A program made the translations under genes and the position numbers. Source: an uncultured Sphaerobacteraceae bacterium (lineage in GTDB: Bacteria > Chloroflexota > Chloroflexia > Thermomicrobiales > UBA6265). From it: DNA of 64,000 nucleotides. The stretch is taken from contig CAZGML010000006.1 in the NCBI GenBank assembly GCA_964526965.1, positions 9,814 to 73,813 of the forward strand, given 5' to 3'. The notes below the pieces were generated by a model. The model did not search any database, was not told the DNA's origin, and was given only the letters and a program-made list of their open reading frames with translations. Positions 17,953 to 28,478 of the stretch are shown in pieces; the stretch's first letter is position 1, and each line of letters starts with the position of its first letter.

Positions 17953-18960
17953 ATGGCAACTGTATCGACAACCGCAACCCCTCCCGTCCATGAGCCGGCC
18001 CGTGAAAGCAAAATCATCGTGGCCAAGGAGCTCGGCTATTGTTGGGGTGTTCGGCGCGCCGTAAATCTCATTGAAGAGGCAGCCTCTCCAGAATCGCGCG
18101 TGGCCCCCATCGGCGATATCATCCATAATCCGCAGGTCGTACAGCGGCTTCGCGAGCATGGCGTTGAAGGTGCCACATCGGTAGACGAGGCCAGGGGCCG
18201 CGGATTCAACCGCGTGGCAATCACTGCGCACGGCATGGGTCCACACCTCGCCGAGCAGGCCGAAGCCAACAATATGGAACTCATCGACACCACCTGCCCG
18301 CTGGTGATCAAGGTTCAGCGCCTTGCCCAGAAGCTGGTGCGTCAGGGCTACTTCATCGTGATGTATGGCGATGATTACCATCCCGAGGTGAAGGGCGTGC
18401 TGGCGTGGGCGAACACTTCCAAGAGTTGCGCCGCCAAGCACATTGAAGATCTCCCCTGGAACGCACCACGAGGCAGCACCGATCCGGATGCGATCGTGCC
18501 GCCGCGCAAGGTTGCACTCGTAAGCCAGACCACCAAGAACATCGCCGAGCTGATGGAGTTCAGTAATCAGCTGCAGGCCATGGTGATCCCGGAAGGTGGT
18601 GAGTTCCGACTCTGCAACACCATCTGCGAGCCCACCACCGAGCGCCAGAACGCACTGAAGGAGCTTACCTCCCAGACACACCTGATTCTGGCCATCGGCG
18701 GAAAGAAGAGCTCCAACACCGCTCGCCTGGCCGATGTCGGAAATCAGGAAGGTGTACAGAGCTATCACATCGAAAGCCAGGATGATATCGATCCTGCATG
18801 GCTGGAGACCGTGGGCGATGGCAATATCGGCATCACCGCTGGTGCTTCCACCCCAGACGATGTGATTGAAGAAGTTGTCGAATACCTCGTCGAGCGTGGC
18901 TACACCCCGCCAGAAGGCGGTATTCGCCCGGTCGATCCGGATTACGAACCCAGGTTCTAG
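17953..18960 (+). CDS. ispH: 4-hydroxy-3-methylbut-2-enyl diphosphate reductase
   Basis: GYCWGVRRAV, TCPLV, VSQTT, NTICEPT and GGKKSSNT motifs (three Fe-S Cys). Confidence 0.92.
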   Translation: MATVSTTATPPVHEPARESKIIVAKELGYCWGVRRAVNLIEEAASPESRVAPIGDIIHNPQVVQRLREHGVEGATSVDEARGRGFNRVAITAHGMGPHLAEQAEANNMELIDTTCPLVIKVQRLAQKLVRQGYFIVMYGDDYHPEVKGVLAWANTSKSCAAKHIEDLPWNAPRGSTDPDAIVPPRKVALVSQTTKNIAELMEFSNQLQAMVIPEGGEFRLCNTICEPTTERQNALKELTSQTHLILAIGGKKSSNTARLADVGNQEGVQSYHIESQDDIDPAWLETVGDGNIGITAGASTPDDVIEEVVEYLVERGYTPPEGGIRPVDPDYEPRF

Positions 18961-18985
18961 GCAAAAACAGGCACATTGTACTGTT

Positions 18986-19023
18986 CTGATCCGGCGTCTT
19001 TAGACGCCGGATCAGTTGGTTTT
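18986..19023 (+). terminator. rho-independent terminator of ispH
   Basis: CTGATCCGGCGTC-TTTA-GACGCCGGATCAG followed by TTGGTTTT. Confidence 0.85.
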
Positions 19024-19258
19024 CACGGCCGTTCAGTAACGCAATGTCGTGTCAGCCGGTTCCGGACAATCCCATCGGCTGGGCCAGGCACGTGGCGTCG
19101 AGATAGCGGACGCCGCATCATATGAAGCTTAACTCGTCAAGCCGCCTCATATACCAATGCACGAATTCACATACGCCTGTCCCCGAAAATACATTTCACG
19201 GGTATGATGCTGGGTACCTGCACAACTGCAGCACGAAATAGTAGCAAGAGAATCGCTT

Positions 19259-20452
19259 ATGGCACCGTCACCTCATCGTATGCACGATGCTCCAGATCCC
19301 CTTGCCCGGCCAGCGTCTGCGCGATCAGGTGTGAGCTTCGCGCCGGATTGGTCGACCGCAACCGGGGACGTGATTAAAGATGTAACTGCGTGCAACTACT
19401 CCGCACCAGACCTGCTCATCGTGTTCATTACGTCTGCCTGGAGCGACTACTACGAGGAGATCCTGCACCGTATTCGCACCGAAACGGGCTGTCGTACCCT
19501 TATCGGCTGCTCGGCTTCAGGGGTTATCTCCGGTGCCACCTGTCACGAATCGGCTCCGGGTATTTCGATCATGGGGTTGTGGTTGCCGGGCGCCAGGCTC
19601 ACCCCGCTGCACATCCCCACAATGCCGTATTCCTGGCCATGGAACGGCCAGGTTGCCCAGGATGATGTGCGCGGCATCATCATGTTTTCCGATCCATACC
19701 GCGTGGATGCCCAAAACATCCTTATCGGATTGCGGAATAGCTGCCCGGGTATCCCGATGATCGGTGCACTTGCCAGCACTACCCAACCGGATCGCCAGGC
19801 CTGGGTCTTTCTGGATGATCGTATTTACACATCAGGAGCAGTCGCCCTCACGCTGGAAGGCCCGTACGACCTGCTGGTGCAAGTCAGCCAGGGCGGCACG
19901 CCAATCGGCGAGATGTGGACGATTACGGCAATCGATCACAACCGCATCCTTAGCATCTCCAACCGCCCGGCCGTTGAAGTGCTGGCCAACACCCTCAATA
20001 TGCCTGTCAATCGCGGCCTCAGCATGCGCGATCTCATGATCGGTTTACCGATGAATGAGTATCAGGACGATTTCGCGCAGGAAGACTTTGTTGCCCGCGG
20101 CATTATCGGCACGGACGACGATGGCGCTATTCGGGTTGGTGGTATTCCACGGCGGGGGCAATCCGTGCAGTTCCTCAAACGGAACCCGGCGCTGGCCTCA
20201 AGCTATCTCGAAGAGCGCCTGCAGTACTTCCGCGACCTGGATCGCGAGATTATTGGTGGCATTCTCAGCACCTGTAAGGGTAGGGGGACAGCAATGTTCG
20301 GCCGCAACGATCATGATGCCGCTGCAGTAGCCCAGGCATTGCCGGATGTACCGGTGGTTGGCCTCTACTCACTGGGCGAACTCGCGCCGGTGCGCGGGGT
20401 GCCAGCATACAACGCCTTCGCTGCCGCACTGGCCGCGATTGTTGAGCGTTAA
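19259..20452 (+). CDS. FIST-domain (FIST_N/FIST_C) sensory protein
   Basis: 397 aa. ..LLIVFITSAW..GCSASGVI.. and the C-terminal ..GLYSLGELAP.. pattern recall FIST domains. Motif-level call only. Confidence 0.55.
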   Translation: MAPSPHRMHDAPDPLARPASARSGVSFAPDWSTATGDVIKDVTACNYSAPDLLIVFITSAWSDYYEEILHRIRTETGCRTLIGCSASGVISGATCHESAPGISIMGLWLPGARLTPLHIPTMPYSWPWNGQVAQDDVRGIIMFSDPYRVDAQNILIGLRNSCPGIPMIGALASTTQPDRQAWVFLDDRIYTSGAVALTLEGPYDLLVQVSQGGTPIGEMWTITAIDHNRILSISNRPAVEVLANTLNMPVNRGLSMRDLMIGLPMNEYQDDFAQEDFVARGIIGTDDDGAIRVGGIPRRGQSVQFLKRNPALASSYLEERLQYFRDLDREIIGGILSTCKGRGTAMFGRNDHDAAAVAQALPDVPVVGLYSLGELAPVRGVPAYNAFAAALAAIVER

Positions 20453-20472
20453 TACTTAGGTAGGCCCAGAGT

Positions 20473-21438
20473 TCATCCCCGGTCGAGCATGCGCTGACCC
20501 AACGCCGTGGCCAACAAATGCAACGCCGCCTGCGTGCTGTGGCCGGAAGAATCCAGCATGGGATTTAGCTCCACGAAGTCCATCGAACGGATCGGCACCT
20601 CTGTCCACGTCCCCAGATACCGCAGTACCTGGCTTGCTTCCCGAATGGTGAGTCCGCCCGGGTAGCGAGTACCCGTTCCCGGGAAGATACCTGGATCCAG
20701 CACATCGACATCAAACGAGAGATGAATCGCATCAACCCCCGTGCTCACGAGATGATCGAGCGCAGCCTCGAGACCGGCGATGATACCGTCGTCGCTCCAT
20801 TCGTCCATGGTACGCGCGAAGATGTTGCGCTCCACGATGAGGTCTTCCTCAAACAGATCAATATCACGGATACCGAGATAGGCGATCTGCTCGGGCTGCA
20901 GCATGGGCGAAAATCCGGCGAGCCCGGTGCTCCGGGGAAGGTCATCTTTCGCAGCGCCAATGGCCACGGCCAGCGGCATGCCGTGAATGTGCCCGCTCAG
21001 GCTCCCCTCCGGTGTATTGATATCCGGGTGGGTATCGATCCAGAGGACGCCGACCTTTTCGGCGTTGCGCACCGCGCCCGCAATCGACCCTGCGGCAATG
21101 GAATGGTCTCCGCCCAGGATAATCGGCAAGTGTCCTTTTTTGATGGTGGTATCAACTGCATCCCTGAGCAATTCATTGGCGTTATCAATCGCCTCCAGGA
21201 ACACGAGGTCGCGCTGGTTCAATCGGGCCCGGGCGCGGGGAACATCCTCCACCGGGATAGTGATCGGTGATTCCAGCCGGCTCAACAGCTTGTTGAAGTG
21301 ACCGTCCAACCAGCGCTGTTCCAGGCCATCACGCAGGGTGATGGCGCCATGGTCAGTACCTGGCACTTCGCAGCCGTACCAAAGCGGTACGGCAATCGGC
21401 TGCATGCGGGCGGTACGGAGGAAGTTGAATTCGGCCAT
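20473..21438 (-). CDS. rocF: arginase (ureohydrolase family)
   Basis: GGDHSIA, IDTHPDINTP, SGHIHGMPLA and SFDVDVLDP Mn-binding motifs. The GHxHGMP signature favours arginase over agmatinase. ATG shares 1 nt with the argS stop. Confidence 0.7.
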   Translation of the reverse strand: MAEFNFLRTARMQPIAVPLWYGCEVPGTDHGAITLRDGLEQRWLDGHFNKLLSRLESPITIPVEDVPRARARLNQRDLVFLEAIDNANELLRDAVDTTIKKGHLPIILGGDHSIAAGSIAGAVRNAEKVGVLWIDTHPDINTPEGSLSGHIHGMPLAVAIGAAKDDLPRSTGLAGFSPMLQPEQIAYLGIRDIDLFEEDLIVERNIFARTMDEWSDDGIIAGLEAALDHLVSTGVDAIHLSFDVDVLDPGIFPGTGTRYPGGLTIREASQVLRYLGTWTEVPIRSMDFVELNPMLDSSGHSTQAALHLLATALGQRMLDRG

Positions 21439-23657
21439 TACATTTTCTCCGGGGCCGCAATCCCGAGCAGTGCCAGTCCGTTGCGAATGGTGATGCGGGT
21501 GGCCGTCACGAGTGCGAGCCGTGCCTGCCGCACCTTCGGGTCGATCCCTTCAGCCAGGACCGGCGCTTCGTGATAGAAGTCGTTGAAGCGCTTGGCCAGT
21601 TCGAAGATGTAATTCGTGATGTGGAGCGGACGGTGCTCGTTTGCGGCGCGCTGAATAATTTCGGGTAACGCTGAAATCTGCTGCAGCAGGTTGAGTTCCT
21701 CTGGAATTGGGTTCGAGAAATCCGTGTTCTCCAGGTTTTCGAGCACCTCGGCATCGGAGACCTCGGCCCGTTCCAGAATGCGGCAGGCGCGGGCATGTGC
21801 GTATTGAATGTACGGCGCGGCGTGCCCCTCGAAGCTCAGGGCCTCATCGGGATCGAACACAATCACCTTGTTGCTGTCCCGCGCGAGCATGGCGTACTTA
21901 ATCGCGCCAATAGCGATATTGTGCGCTGCCTCCATTTGCTCATTCGGTGGCAGGGTTGGGTTCTTCTCTTTCACCACATCCAGGGCACGTGCAATCATGG
22001 CGTTGCGAACATCTTCCAGCAGCGGAGCATTGCCCGCGCGGCTGCTCATGATGCCGCTTGGCAGCGTCACAAACTCGTAGCCGAGGTGGATGTTCGCATT
22101 GGCCTCATCAAAGCCATACAGCTCGAGGATGCGTGTGATCTGGTCGAAATACAGAGATTGCCGCACATCGACAACCCAGATGGATTGATCCAGCTCGTAG
22201 TTGTCGAACTTCTTCTTCGCCAGTGCCAGGTCCTTGGTGGAGTAGAGCGTGCTGCCGTCGCTGCGCAGAATCGGCATCGTGCGATACGTTTCTTGCTCCA
22301 GGCCGAGCTTTTCGTCGATTTTGACGACGGGCAGCCCCTCGCTGATTTCGGCGATATCGCGCTCGAGCAGTTCGCGCACCATGGCGCGGCCCTCTTCTTC
22401 GACTTCACTTTCGGTGTACCAGACGTCGAATTCGGCACCGAACTCGTCAAAGATCTCGCGGAGTTCGTCCATGCTCCAGCCGCGGGTGGTTTCCCACAGT
22501 TGTACGAAGTTCGGATCCTGATCCTCCCAAAGCTGGAAGGTGGCCTTTTCATCGGCGATCCACTTTGGCACCTGTGGCCACCATTCGATGTTTGGAACCA
22601 ACTGCTGCCAGTCGGCATAGCGTTCCCGGGCTGCGGCTGCCACCTCTTCATCATCTGTTTCGGCTTCTGCCTGGTTCTTGAGATGGTCGCCCAGCAATTT
22701 GAAGTACGGAACGATAACGTTGTCGTCGATCAGTTCCTCCGGCTTAATCTGGCCCCGGTTGGTCGCCTTGCCGAGCAGGTAGGCGATATCCTCCCCATCG
22801 ATCGGATCTTCGTCGTTCCAGATCTGCTTCAACACGCGGTCGATTGCATCGGGGAAGGTAGGATCGTTTTCATTGAGGTCGTTAAGCAGCTTCAGCACAT
22901 CGTCGCGGTAGGCGAGACGCGTGCGCGCCTCGACGTAGATCTCGCCGAGCCAACGGCCACGGCTGACGCCCTCGCGCGGCTCTTCACCATCATGGAACGC
23001 ACGAAGCGCCCACAGGCACATCACCACGTGTCGGCCGATATCGCCGATGTATGTGACGGGAATTGTGCTGATTCCGCTGGCCTTGCTGATATTGGTGAGC
23101 GCCACACCGAGGCAGATATTGCGCAGGTGACCCACGTGGGCTGCCTTGTGCGTGTTGAGCTGGCTGTGCTCAATCATCACCTTTTGATCGCGGCTATCCT
23201 CCGGAGCGTGGCCGTAGGTTTCATCCAGCTCCATTACCTCGCGCACCAGGCGATTGGTAGTGGCATCGGCGTCGTAACCGATATTGATGTATCCGTTCAC
23301 GGCTTCTACAGACGCGAACCGATTGGTATCCGCGATGTGTGCAGCCAGTTTTTCGGCCAGCTCCTGGCTGGCGGTGCCCACGCGCTGGTTAACGAGCTTT
23401 TTTGTTTCCTTTTTGCTCAGGCCTTCGAGCGCGCCTTCGGATTCCAACTGCTGCTGAACGATCTCACCGGCCGCCATCCGGGCGATGGTGCTGGCGCTGC
23501 CCCAAGTGCCTTCAAAAGGAAGTGGGCGTAGGTCGATCGGCCGCGAGCCGATATCCACGCCTTCGGTGGCGAGCGCGGAGCGAATCGCCTCAATGGCGGC
23601 TTCTTCTTCCCGGGCGATAACTCCAGTGGTAACGATATGGGCGGGCTGGTCTGTCAT
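21438..23657 (-). CDS. argS: arginine--tRNA ligase (unusually long, 739 aa)
   Basis: Class I HIGH-like AAHVGHLRN, KMSKS-like IMSSRAGN, C-terminal DALR anticodon-binding pattern ending ..PEKM. AGGAGA RBS. Confidence 0.85.
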   Translation of the reverse strand: MTDQPAHIVTTGVIAREEEAAIEAIRSALATEGVDIGSRPIDLRPLPFEGTWGSASTIARMAAGEIVQQQLESEGALEGLSKKETKKLVNQRVGTASQELAEKLAAHIADTNRFASVEAVNGYINIGYDADATTNRLVREVMELDETYGHAPEDSRDQKVMIEHSQLNTHKAAHVGHLRNICLGVALTNISKASGISTIPVTYIGDIGRHVVMCLWALRAFHDGEEPREGVSRGRWLGEIYVEARTRLAYRDDVLKLLNDLNENDPTFPDAIDRVLKQIWNDEDPIDGEDIAYLLGKATNRGQIKPEELIDDNVIVPYFKLLGDHLKNQAEAETDDEEVAAAARERYADWQQLVPNIEWWPQVPKWIADEKATFQLWEDQDPNFVQLWETTRGWSMDELREIFDEFGAEFDVWYTESEVEEEGRAMVRELLERDIAEISEGLPVVKIDEKLGLEQETYRTMPILRSDGSTLYSTKDLALAKKKFDNYELDQSIWVVDVRQSLYFDQITRILELYGFDEANANIHLGYEFVTLPSGIMSSRAGNAPLLEDVRNAMIARALDVVKEKNPTLPPNEQMEAAHNIAIGAIKYAMLARDSNKVIVFDPDEALSFEGHAAPYIQYAHARACRILERAEVSDAEVLENLENTDFSNPIPEELNLLQQISALPEIIQRAANEHRPLHITNYIFELAKRFNDFYHEAPVLAEGIDPKVRQARLALVTATRITIRNGLALLGIAAPEKM

Positions 23658-23761
23658 TGAATGGATTGGTCTCCTGATATGGAATACGCGTGCAGCAGTA
23701 CTGCCGCTACCCCGCCCGTGGCGGGCGATGAGAACGTGCTACATCAATAATAAGCGGTTGG

Positions 23762-24019
23762 CTAGCTATCGGTGTCTGGCTCGTCGTGGGTGAAGTCGTC
23801 CGGGCCATTATCTGAGGTTCGGTTACCGATAATGACGAGGATACCGATGAGAAAGATCACAATTCCGGCGATGAGGACGATCATTTGGTAATAGCCGAAC
23901 CCCCGGCCGGTACCGATATTGATCGTATCCGCCAGTATTGCAATGGCGGCTATCACCAGGCCGGTGAGCATAAGTGCCACGCTCAGCACACGCTGGGATT
24001 GCGGGGGTGTTGGTTGCAC
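23762..24019 (-). CDS. small 2-TM membrane protein
   Basis: 85-aa ORF with two long hydrophobic helices and an acidic tail. GTG start is uncertain. Confidence 0.45.
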   Translation of the reverse strand: MQPTPPQSQRVLSVALMLTGLVIAAIAILADTINIGTGRGFGYYQMIVLIAGIVIFLIGILVIIGNRTSDNGPDDFTHDEPDTDS

Positions 24020-24468
24020 TGTTGCAGCTCCGAAAATGGGTGTTCATCCAGCGCGATGCGGGGCACTGGTCTGCGGTCTCTCCTCTTGGGTGAGTATACA
24101 TTAGGTACCAATGCTCTGGTTGTGGGGGAATGTAGAAAGAAGTGCTATCCTCAGAGCGTACTTAACGGAGACCTCACACGGTCTCCACAGGTGCTTTCTC
24201 TGGCAGGTACTGCCGGGTATTCCCGCACATGTGCTTGACCGGCAGCAAGGTATTTGGGTATATGTACTTACACGCGAGACGAGGCGCTCGCGGCTGTGTC
24301 AGTTACCTCTGTGAAGACCTTCCGTGGGTGGAGTGGTTCATACGCAACATTGCACAGGCAAAGCAAGTAGAAGAATGCGTGGCTCATGGGTAAGAGAGAA
24401 CCTGTGCGGCCAATACGTGTTGGATTTAGGTTCGTTGTAGAGACAACGGGCAAATATGGGGAGGCAGA

Positions 24469-25719
24469 ATGGACGAGCAGCGCCACGATCGGCAAAACAG
24501 CTCGGCACGGCGAGGGGTAACCCGCAAACTGGTTTCGCTTGGCGTTCTTGCAATGTCCGCTGTGCTTGTGCTCAGCGCTTGTGGTCCGGATGTCGAGAAG
24601 CCATATTCCACCGTCGATCCGGCTTCTATCACCGCCGGAGACACTCATGACCTCTACAAGCTGGTTTTCTGGCTATCACTGGTCGTCTTCGTTGGTGTGC
24701 AGTTCTCTGTCGTTTACCTTTCCTTGCGCTTCCGCCGCAAGAAGAACGAAACCCGACGACCACCCCAGATTCACGGTAACAAGCAGCTGGAGCTGATCTG
24801 GACCATTATTCCGGCCGTCGTTCTCCTTATCCTGCTGATCCCGACTCTGAACACCTTGTTCGACCACGATGCCCAGGCGCAGGAAGGCGACCTGCAGGTA
24901 GACGTATACGGCAAGCAGTGGTGGTGGGAGTTCCACCTCGGTGAAGACCAGGTTCAGAACGGTGACAGCCTGGATGTTGTAACCGCCAATGAGATCGTTA
25001 TTCCGGTTGGCCGCAACACCGTCTTCAATATGTATTCGAACAACGTCATTCACAGCTTCTGGGTGCCACAGCTCACTGGTAAGCTCGATGTGATCCCCGG
25101 GCACGTAAACAGCCTTTCCATCACACCAACTGAAACCGGCGAATTCTATGGAGAATGTGCGGAGTACTGCGGTGCCCAGCACGCCTGGATGCGCTTCAAA
25201 ATCAATGTGGTGGAAGAGGACGAATTCTACAACTGGGTGAACAACTGGCGCACGAGCCCCGCTGCTTCCACGCAGGAGCAGGAAGCTGACAGCGATATCG
25301 TAGAGGCGCCGGCCATGTTCAGCGTTTGCCTCAGCTGCCACACCTTCAACGGTTTCGAGGGTGCACCCCAGCTCACCGGTATCGACGCCCCGGCGACGTT
25401 CGGACCCGACCTCACCATGATGGTGTGCCGCGAAACCTTTGCTGCAGGATTAATGGAAACAACACCGGAGAACCTCAAGCAATGGTTGTTAGACCCCGGC
25501 GCAGTGAAACCGGAAAACTACATGGCTACGCAAGTCGGGCCAGGTATGCCGGTGGATCTCACCGAGGAGCAAGCTGAAGAATTTGTGGACTTCCTCTACG
25601 CCATGGCGCCGGAAGGAGGGTGTACAGCCGCAGAAGGCTGGGACTCCTCTGGTGACGACGGAGCAGCAACTCCGCAGGCAACACCTGCGGAAGAGGAACA
25701 GGCAACACCGGCCGCCTGA
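24469..25719 (+). CDS. ctaC: cytochrome c oxidase subunit II with fused cytochrome c domain (caa3 type)
   Basis: LSAC lipobox, CuA site HSFWVPQL..CAEYCGAQHAWM, and a C-terminal CLSCH heme-c motif. Confidence 0.9.
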   Translation: MDEQRHDRQNSSARRGVTRKLVSLGVLAMSAVLVLSACGPDVEKPYSTVDPASITAGDTHDLYKLVFWLSLVVFVGVQFSVVYLSLRFRRKKNETRRPPQIHGNKQLELIWTIIPAVVLLILLIPTLNTLFDHDAQAQEGDLQVDVYGKQWWWEFHLGEDQVQNGDSLDVVTANEIVIPVGRNTVFNMYSNNVIHSFWVPQLTGKLDVIPGHVNSLSITPTETGEFYGECAEYCGAQHAWMRFKINVVEEDEFYNWVNNWRTSPAASTQEQEADSDIVEAPAMFSVCLSCHTFNGFEGAPQLTGIDAPATFGPDLTMMVCRETFAAGLMETTPENLKQWLLDPGAVKPENYMATQVGPGMPVDLTEEQAEEFVDFLYAMAPEGGCTAAEGWDSSGDDGAATPQATPAEEEQATPAA

Positions 25720-25791
25720 TAACTGGCCGCAATGGATACATCACAATCGCGGGCTCGTTAGTATTTAGTGGGCCACGGGTAGGAGCGCGAT

Positions 25792-27714
25792 ATGTCATCA
25801 ATTGCACAGCCTCACGCGACGCCATCGGTGCAAACCGATGTCAGTACGCAAACTGGCAAGCAACAACGAAGCGGTGTGTGGGACTGGCTCACCACCATTG
25901 ATCACAAGAAGATCGGCATCATGTATGGTGTTGCCTCTGTCTTCTTCCTTATGCTCGGTGGTCTCGAGGCGCTGATCATCCGCACCCAGCTGATCACAGA
26001 CGGCAACAGCCTGATTGATGAAAAGCTCTATAACGAGCTCTTCACCATGCACGGCACCACCATGATCTTCCTGGGAGTTATGCCCCTGACGGTGGCATTC
26101 TGGAACTACGTCATGCCGTTACAAATCGGCGCACGTGACGTAGCAATGCCACGGCTGAACGCCTTCAGCTTCTGGCTGTTCCTCTCCGCAGGATTTGTGC
26201 TCAACCTGAGCTGGTTCTTCGGCGAAGCCCCGAACCAGGGTTGGTACGCCTACGCACCATTGACTGACCTGGCCTGGAACCCGACCCGTGCCGTTGACTT
26301 CTGGATCGTCGGACTTTCCATTGCCGGTATCTCTTCGATGCTGGGTGCGTTCAACTTTATCGTCACCATTCTCAATATGCGTGCGCCGGGCATGACCCTG
26401 ATGCGTATGCCGATCTTTACCTGGACAACGCTGATCACCGGTATCCTGCTGATCATGGCCTTCCCGGCCATCACCATTGCGATCATCTTCCTGATGCTCG
26501 ATCGCTGGCTCGGCACCAACTTCTACGTTGTAGCAGCGGGCGGTGACCCCCTGTTGTGGCAGCACCTCTTCTGGATCTTCGGTCACCCCGAGGTCTACAT
26601 CATGATTCTGCCGGTCTTCGGAATTGTCTCCGAGATCGTGCCGACCTTTAGCCGCAAGCCACTCTTTGGTTACAGCATCATGGTGTATGCAACCGCAGCC
26701 ATTGCCTTCCTGGGCTTCGGCGTGTGGGCGCACCACATGTTCACCACCGGTATGGGCCCAACGGCCAACGCGGTGTTTAGTGCAACAACCATGACCATCG
26801 CCATTCCCACCGGCGTGAAGATCTTCAACTGGCTGGGAACCATGGCGCTAGGCCAGGTGAGGTTTACCACGCCCATGATGTTCGTCGTGGGTATGGTCAG
26901 TATGTTCACTATTGGCGGTATCTCGGGTGTTATGCACTCCGTTGTGCCGATCGACGCACACCACAACGACAGCTACTTCCTTATCGCTCACTTCCACTAC
27001 GTACTCTTCGGTGGATCCATGTTCGGTCTCATCGGCGGAATCTACTACTGGTTCCCGAAGATCACCGGACGCATTATGGATGAGACCGTCGGCAAGTGGA
27101 ACTTCTGGCTCACGTTTATTGGCTTCAACGCCACCTTCTTCCCGATGCACTTCCTTGGCCTGGAAGGTATGCCACGCCGCTACTACACCTACGGTGAAGG
27201 AGCCGGCTGGAACTTCTGGAACCTGGTTGTCACCATCGGCGCGTACATTCTCGGCTTCGCCATGCTGATGTTGCTCTACAACATCGGTACCAGCCTGAAG
27301 AAGGGTCGACGCGTAGGCGCCAACCCGTGGGACGCACCAACGCTGGAATGGGCTACCACCAGCCCGCCGCCGGTCTACAACTTTGCCGAGCAGCCTGAAG
27401 TCGCCAGCCGCGACCCGCTGTGGGCGGAGAAGTACGGCCATACTGGCGATGCCCCGGCGTACATTGAGAGTGAAGAGATCGTGTTCCCGCCAGACGCGGG
27501 CGACAAGATTCACCTGCCGAACCCGAGCTTCTGGCCGTTCTTCTCGGCTATTGGCATGCTGCTGATGCAGGGCGGGTTCCTGTTCGAAACCATCACACTC
27601 TTCTATCTTGGCCCGTTGGCCATTTCGATAGTGACGATGGCTGGATTGATTATGCTGCTATGGGGCATCTTCGCCTGGGCCTTTGAGCCTACCGGCGTCG
27701 AAGGCTTGCATTAG
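25792..27714 (+). CDS. ctaD: cytochrome c oxidase subunit I
   Basis: WFFGHPEVY-type motif (LFWIFGHPEVYIMILP) and HHMFT. 640 aa with additional C-terminal TM helices. Confidence 0.95.
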   Translation: MSSIAQPHATPSVQTDVSTQTGKQQRSGVWDWLTTIDHKKIGIMYGVASVFFLMLGGLEALIIRTQLITDGNSLIDEKLYNELFTMHGTTMIFLGVMPLTVAFWNYVMPLQIGARDVAMPRLNAFSFWLFLSAGFVLNLSWFFGEAPNQGWYAYAPLTDLAWNPTRAVDFWIVGLSIAGISSMLGAFNFIVTILNMRAPGMTLMRMPIFTWTTLITGILLIMAFPAITIAIIFLMLDRWLGTNFYVVAAGGDPLLWQHLFWIFGHPEVYIMILPVFGIVSEIVPTFSRKPLFGYSIMVYATAAIAFLGFGVWAHHMFTTGMGPTANAVFSATTMTIAIPTGVKIFNWLGTMALGQVRFTTPMMFVVGMVSMFTIGGISGVMHSVVPIDAHHNDSYFLIAHFHYVLFGGSMFGLIGGIYYWFPKITGRIMDETVGKWNFWLTFIGFNATFFPMHFLGLEGMPRRYYTYGEGAGWNFWNLVVTIGAYILGFAMLMLLYNIGTSLKKGRRVGANPWDAPTLEWATTSPPPVYNFAEQPEVASRDPLWAEKYGHTGDAPAYIESEEIVFPPDAGDKIHLPNPSFWPFFSAIGMLLMQGGFLFETITLFYLGPLAISIVTMAGLIMLLWGIFAWAFEPTGVEGLH

Positions 27715-27734
27715 TCTGCCTGGGAGGACGAAAC

Positions 27735-28463
27735 ATGGCTCAGACACTTGACGCCAACACTGCCGCAGCCGGGCAAGGTCAAATTGATGACCACGGCGGC
27801 GGCCATGGCCACGGAGGCGAGGGAACGGGCGTCGAAAACCGCAAGTTAATGATGTGGATGTTCCTCGCCAGTGACTGTATGTTCTTTGGTGCGCTCATCG
27901 CCACCTTCATGATCTACCGAGACCGCGCGATGGAAGTGGGCGTTGGCCCCTTCCCGCACGAGCTGATCGATATTCCGTTTACCTCCGTGAGCGCGTTTGT
28001 ACTGCTCATGAGCTCGCTCACCATGGTGCTTAGCCTGGGAAGCCTGCAGAAGGGGCACATCCGCAACTCCCGCATCTGGCTCGCTGCCACGGCGATCCTT
28101 GGCCTTACCTTCCTGGGTGGCCAGGTGTTCGAGTTCACCGAGTTCTACAACGCCGGCCTCACCCTGCAGGGCAACATCTTCGGTAGCGCGTTCTTCACGC
28201 TCACCGGTTTCCACGGTATTCACGTGGGTCTTGGGGTTCTGTGGCTGGGTGCATTGCTCTTCGTGAGCCTGCGCGGTGGATTGAAACAGGAAAACGCTGT
28301 AACGCTGGAAATCGCTGGCCTGTATTGGCACTTTGTGGATATCGTCTGGATCGTTATCTTCACACTGGTCTACCTGCTTCCATACAACGAGGGCGATGAA
28401 TCCACGAGCGAAACCGCCTCGCAGGGCATGGACATTGCACTAACGCTGTTACAGCGCTTCTAG
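27735..28463 (+). CDS. ctaE: cytochrome c oxidase subunit III
   Basis: Size, TM pattern, FTLTGFHGIHV and LYWHFVD motifs. Confidence 0.9.
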   Translation: MAQTLDANTAAAGQGQIDDHGGGHGHGGEGTGVENRKLMMWMFLASDCMFFGALIATFMIYRDRAMEVGVGPFPHELIDIPFTSVSAFVLLMSSLTMVLSLGSLQKGHIRNSRIWLAATAILGLTFLGGQVFEFTEFYNAGLTLQGNIFGSAFFTLTGFHGIHVGLGVLWLGALLFVSLRGGLKQENAVTLEIAGLYWHFVDIVWIVIFTLVYLLPYNEGDESTSETASQGMDIALTLLQRF

Positions 28464-28478
28464 CGGGAGGAATTAACA

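Noticed and set aside
21795-23531. 578-aa ORF antisense to argS, and similar long antisense or overlapping ORFs (for example 2303..3214, 2148..2804, 6420..7262, 17845..18768, 32043..32723, 56318..57076)
   Set aside because: These are typical stop-poor alternative frames of GC-rich coding DNA. Their translations are Arg/Ala/Gly/Pro-biased low-complexity sequence with no motifs or RBS, and the opposite or other frame has clear family signatures.
23658-23761. T-box leader upstream of argS
   Set aside because: Only about 100 nt is available, containing two short hairpins. I saw no T-box 14-mer or specifier-loop architecture.
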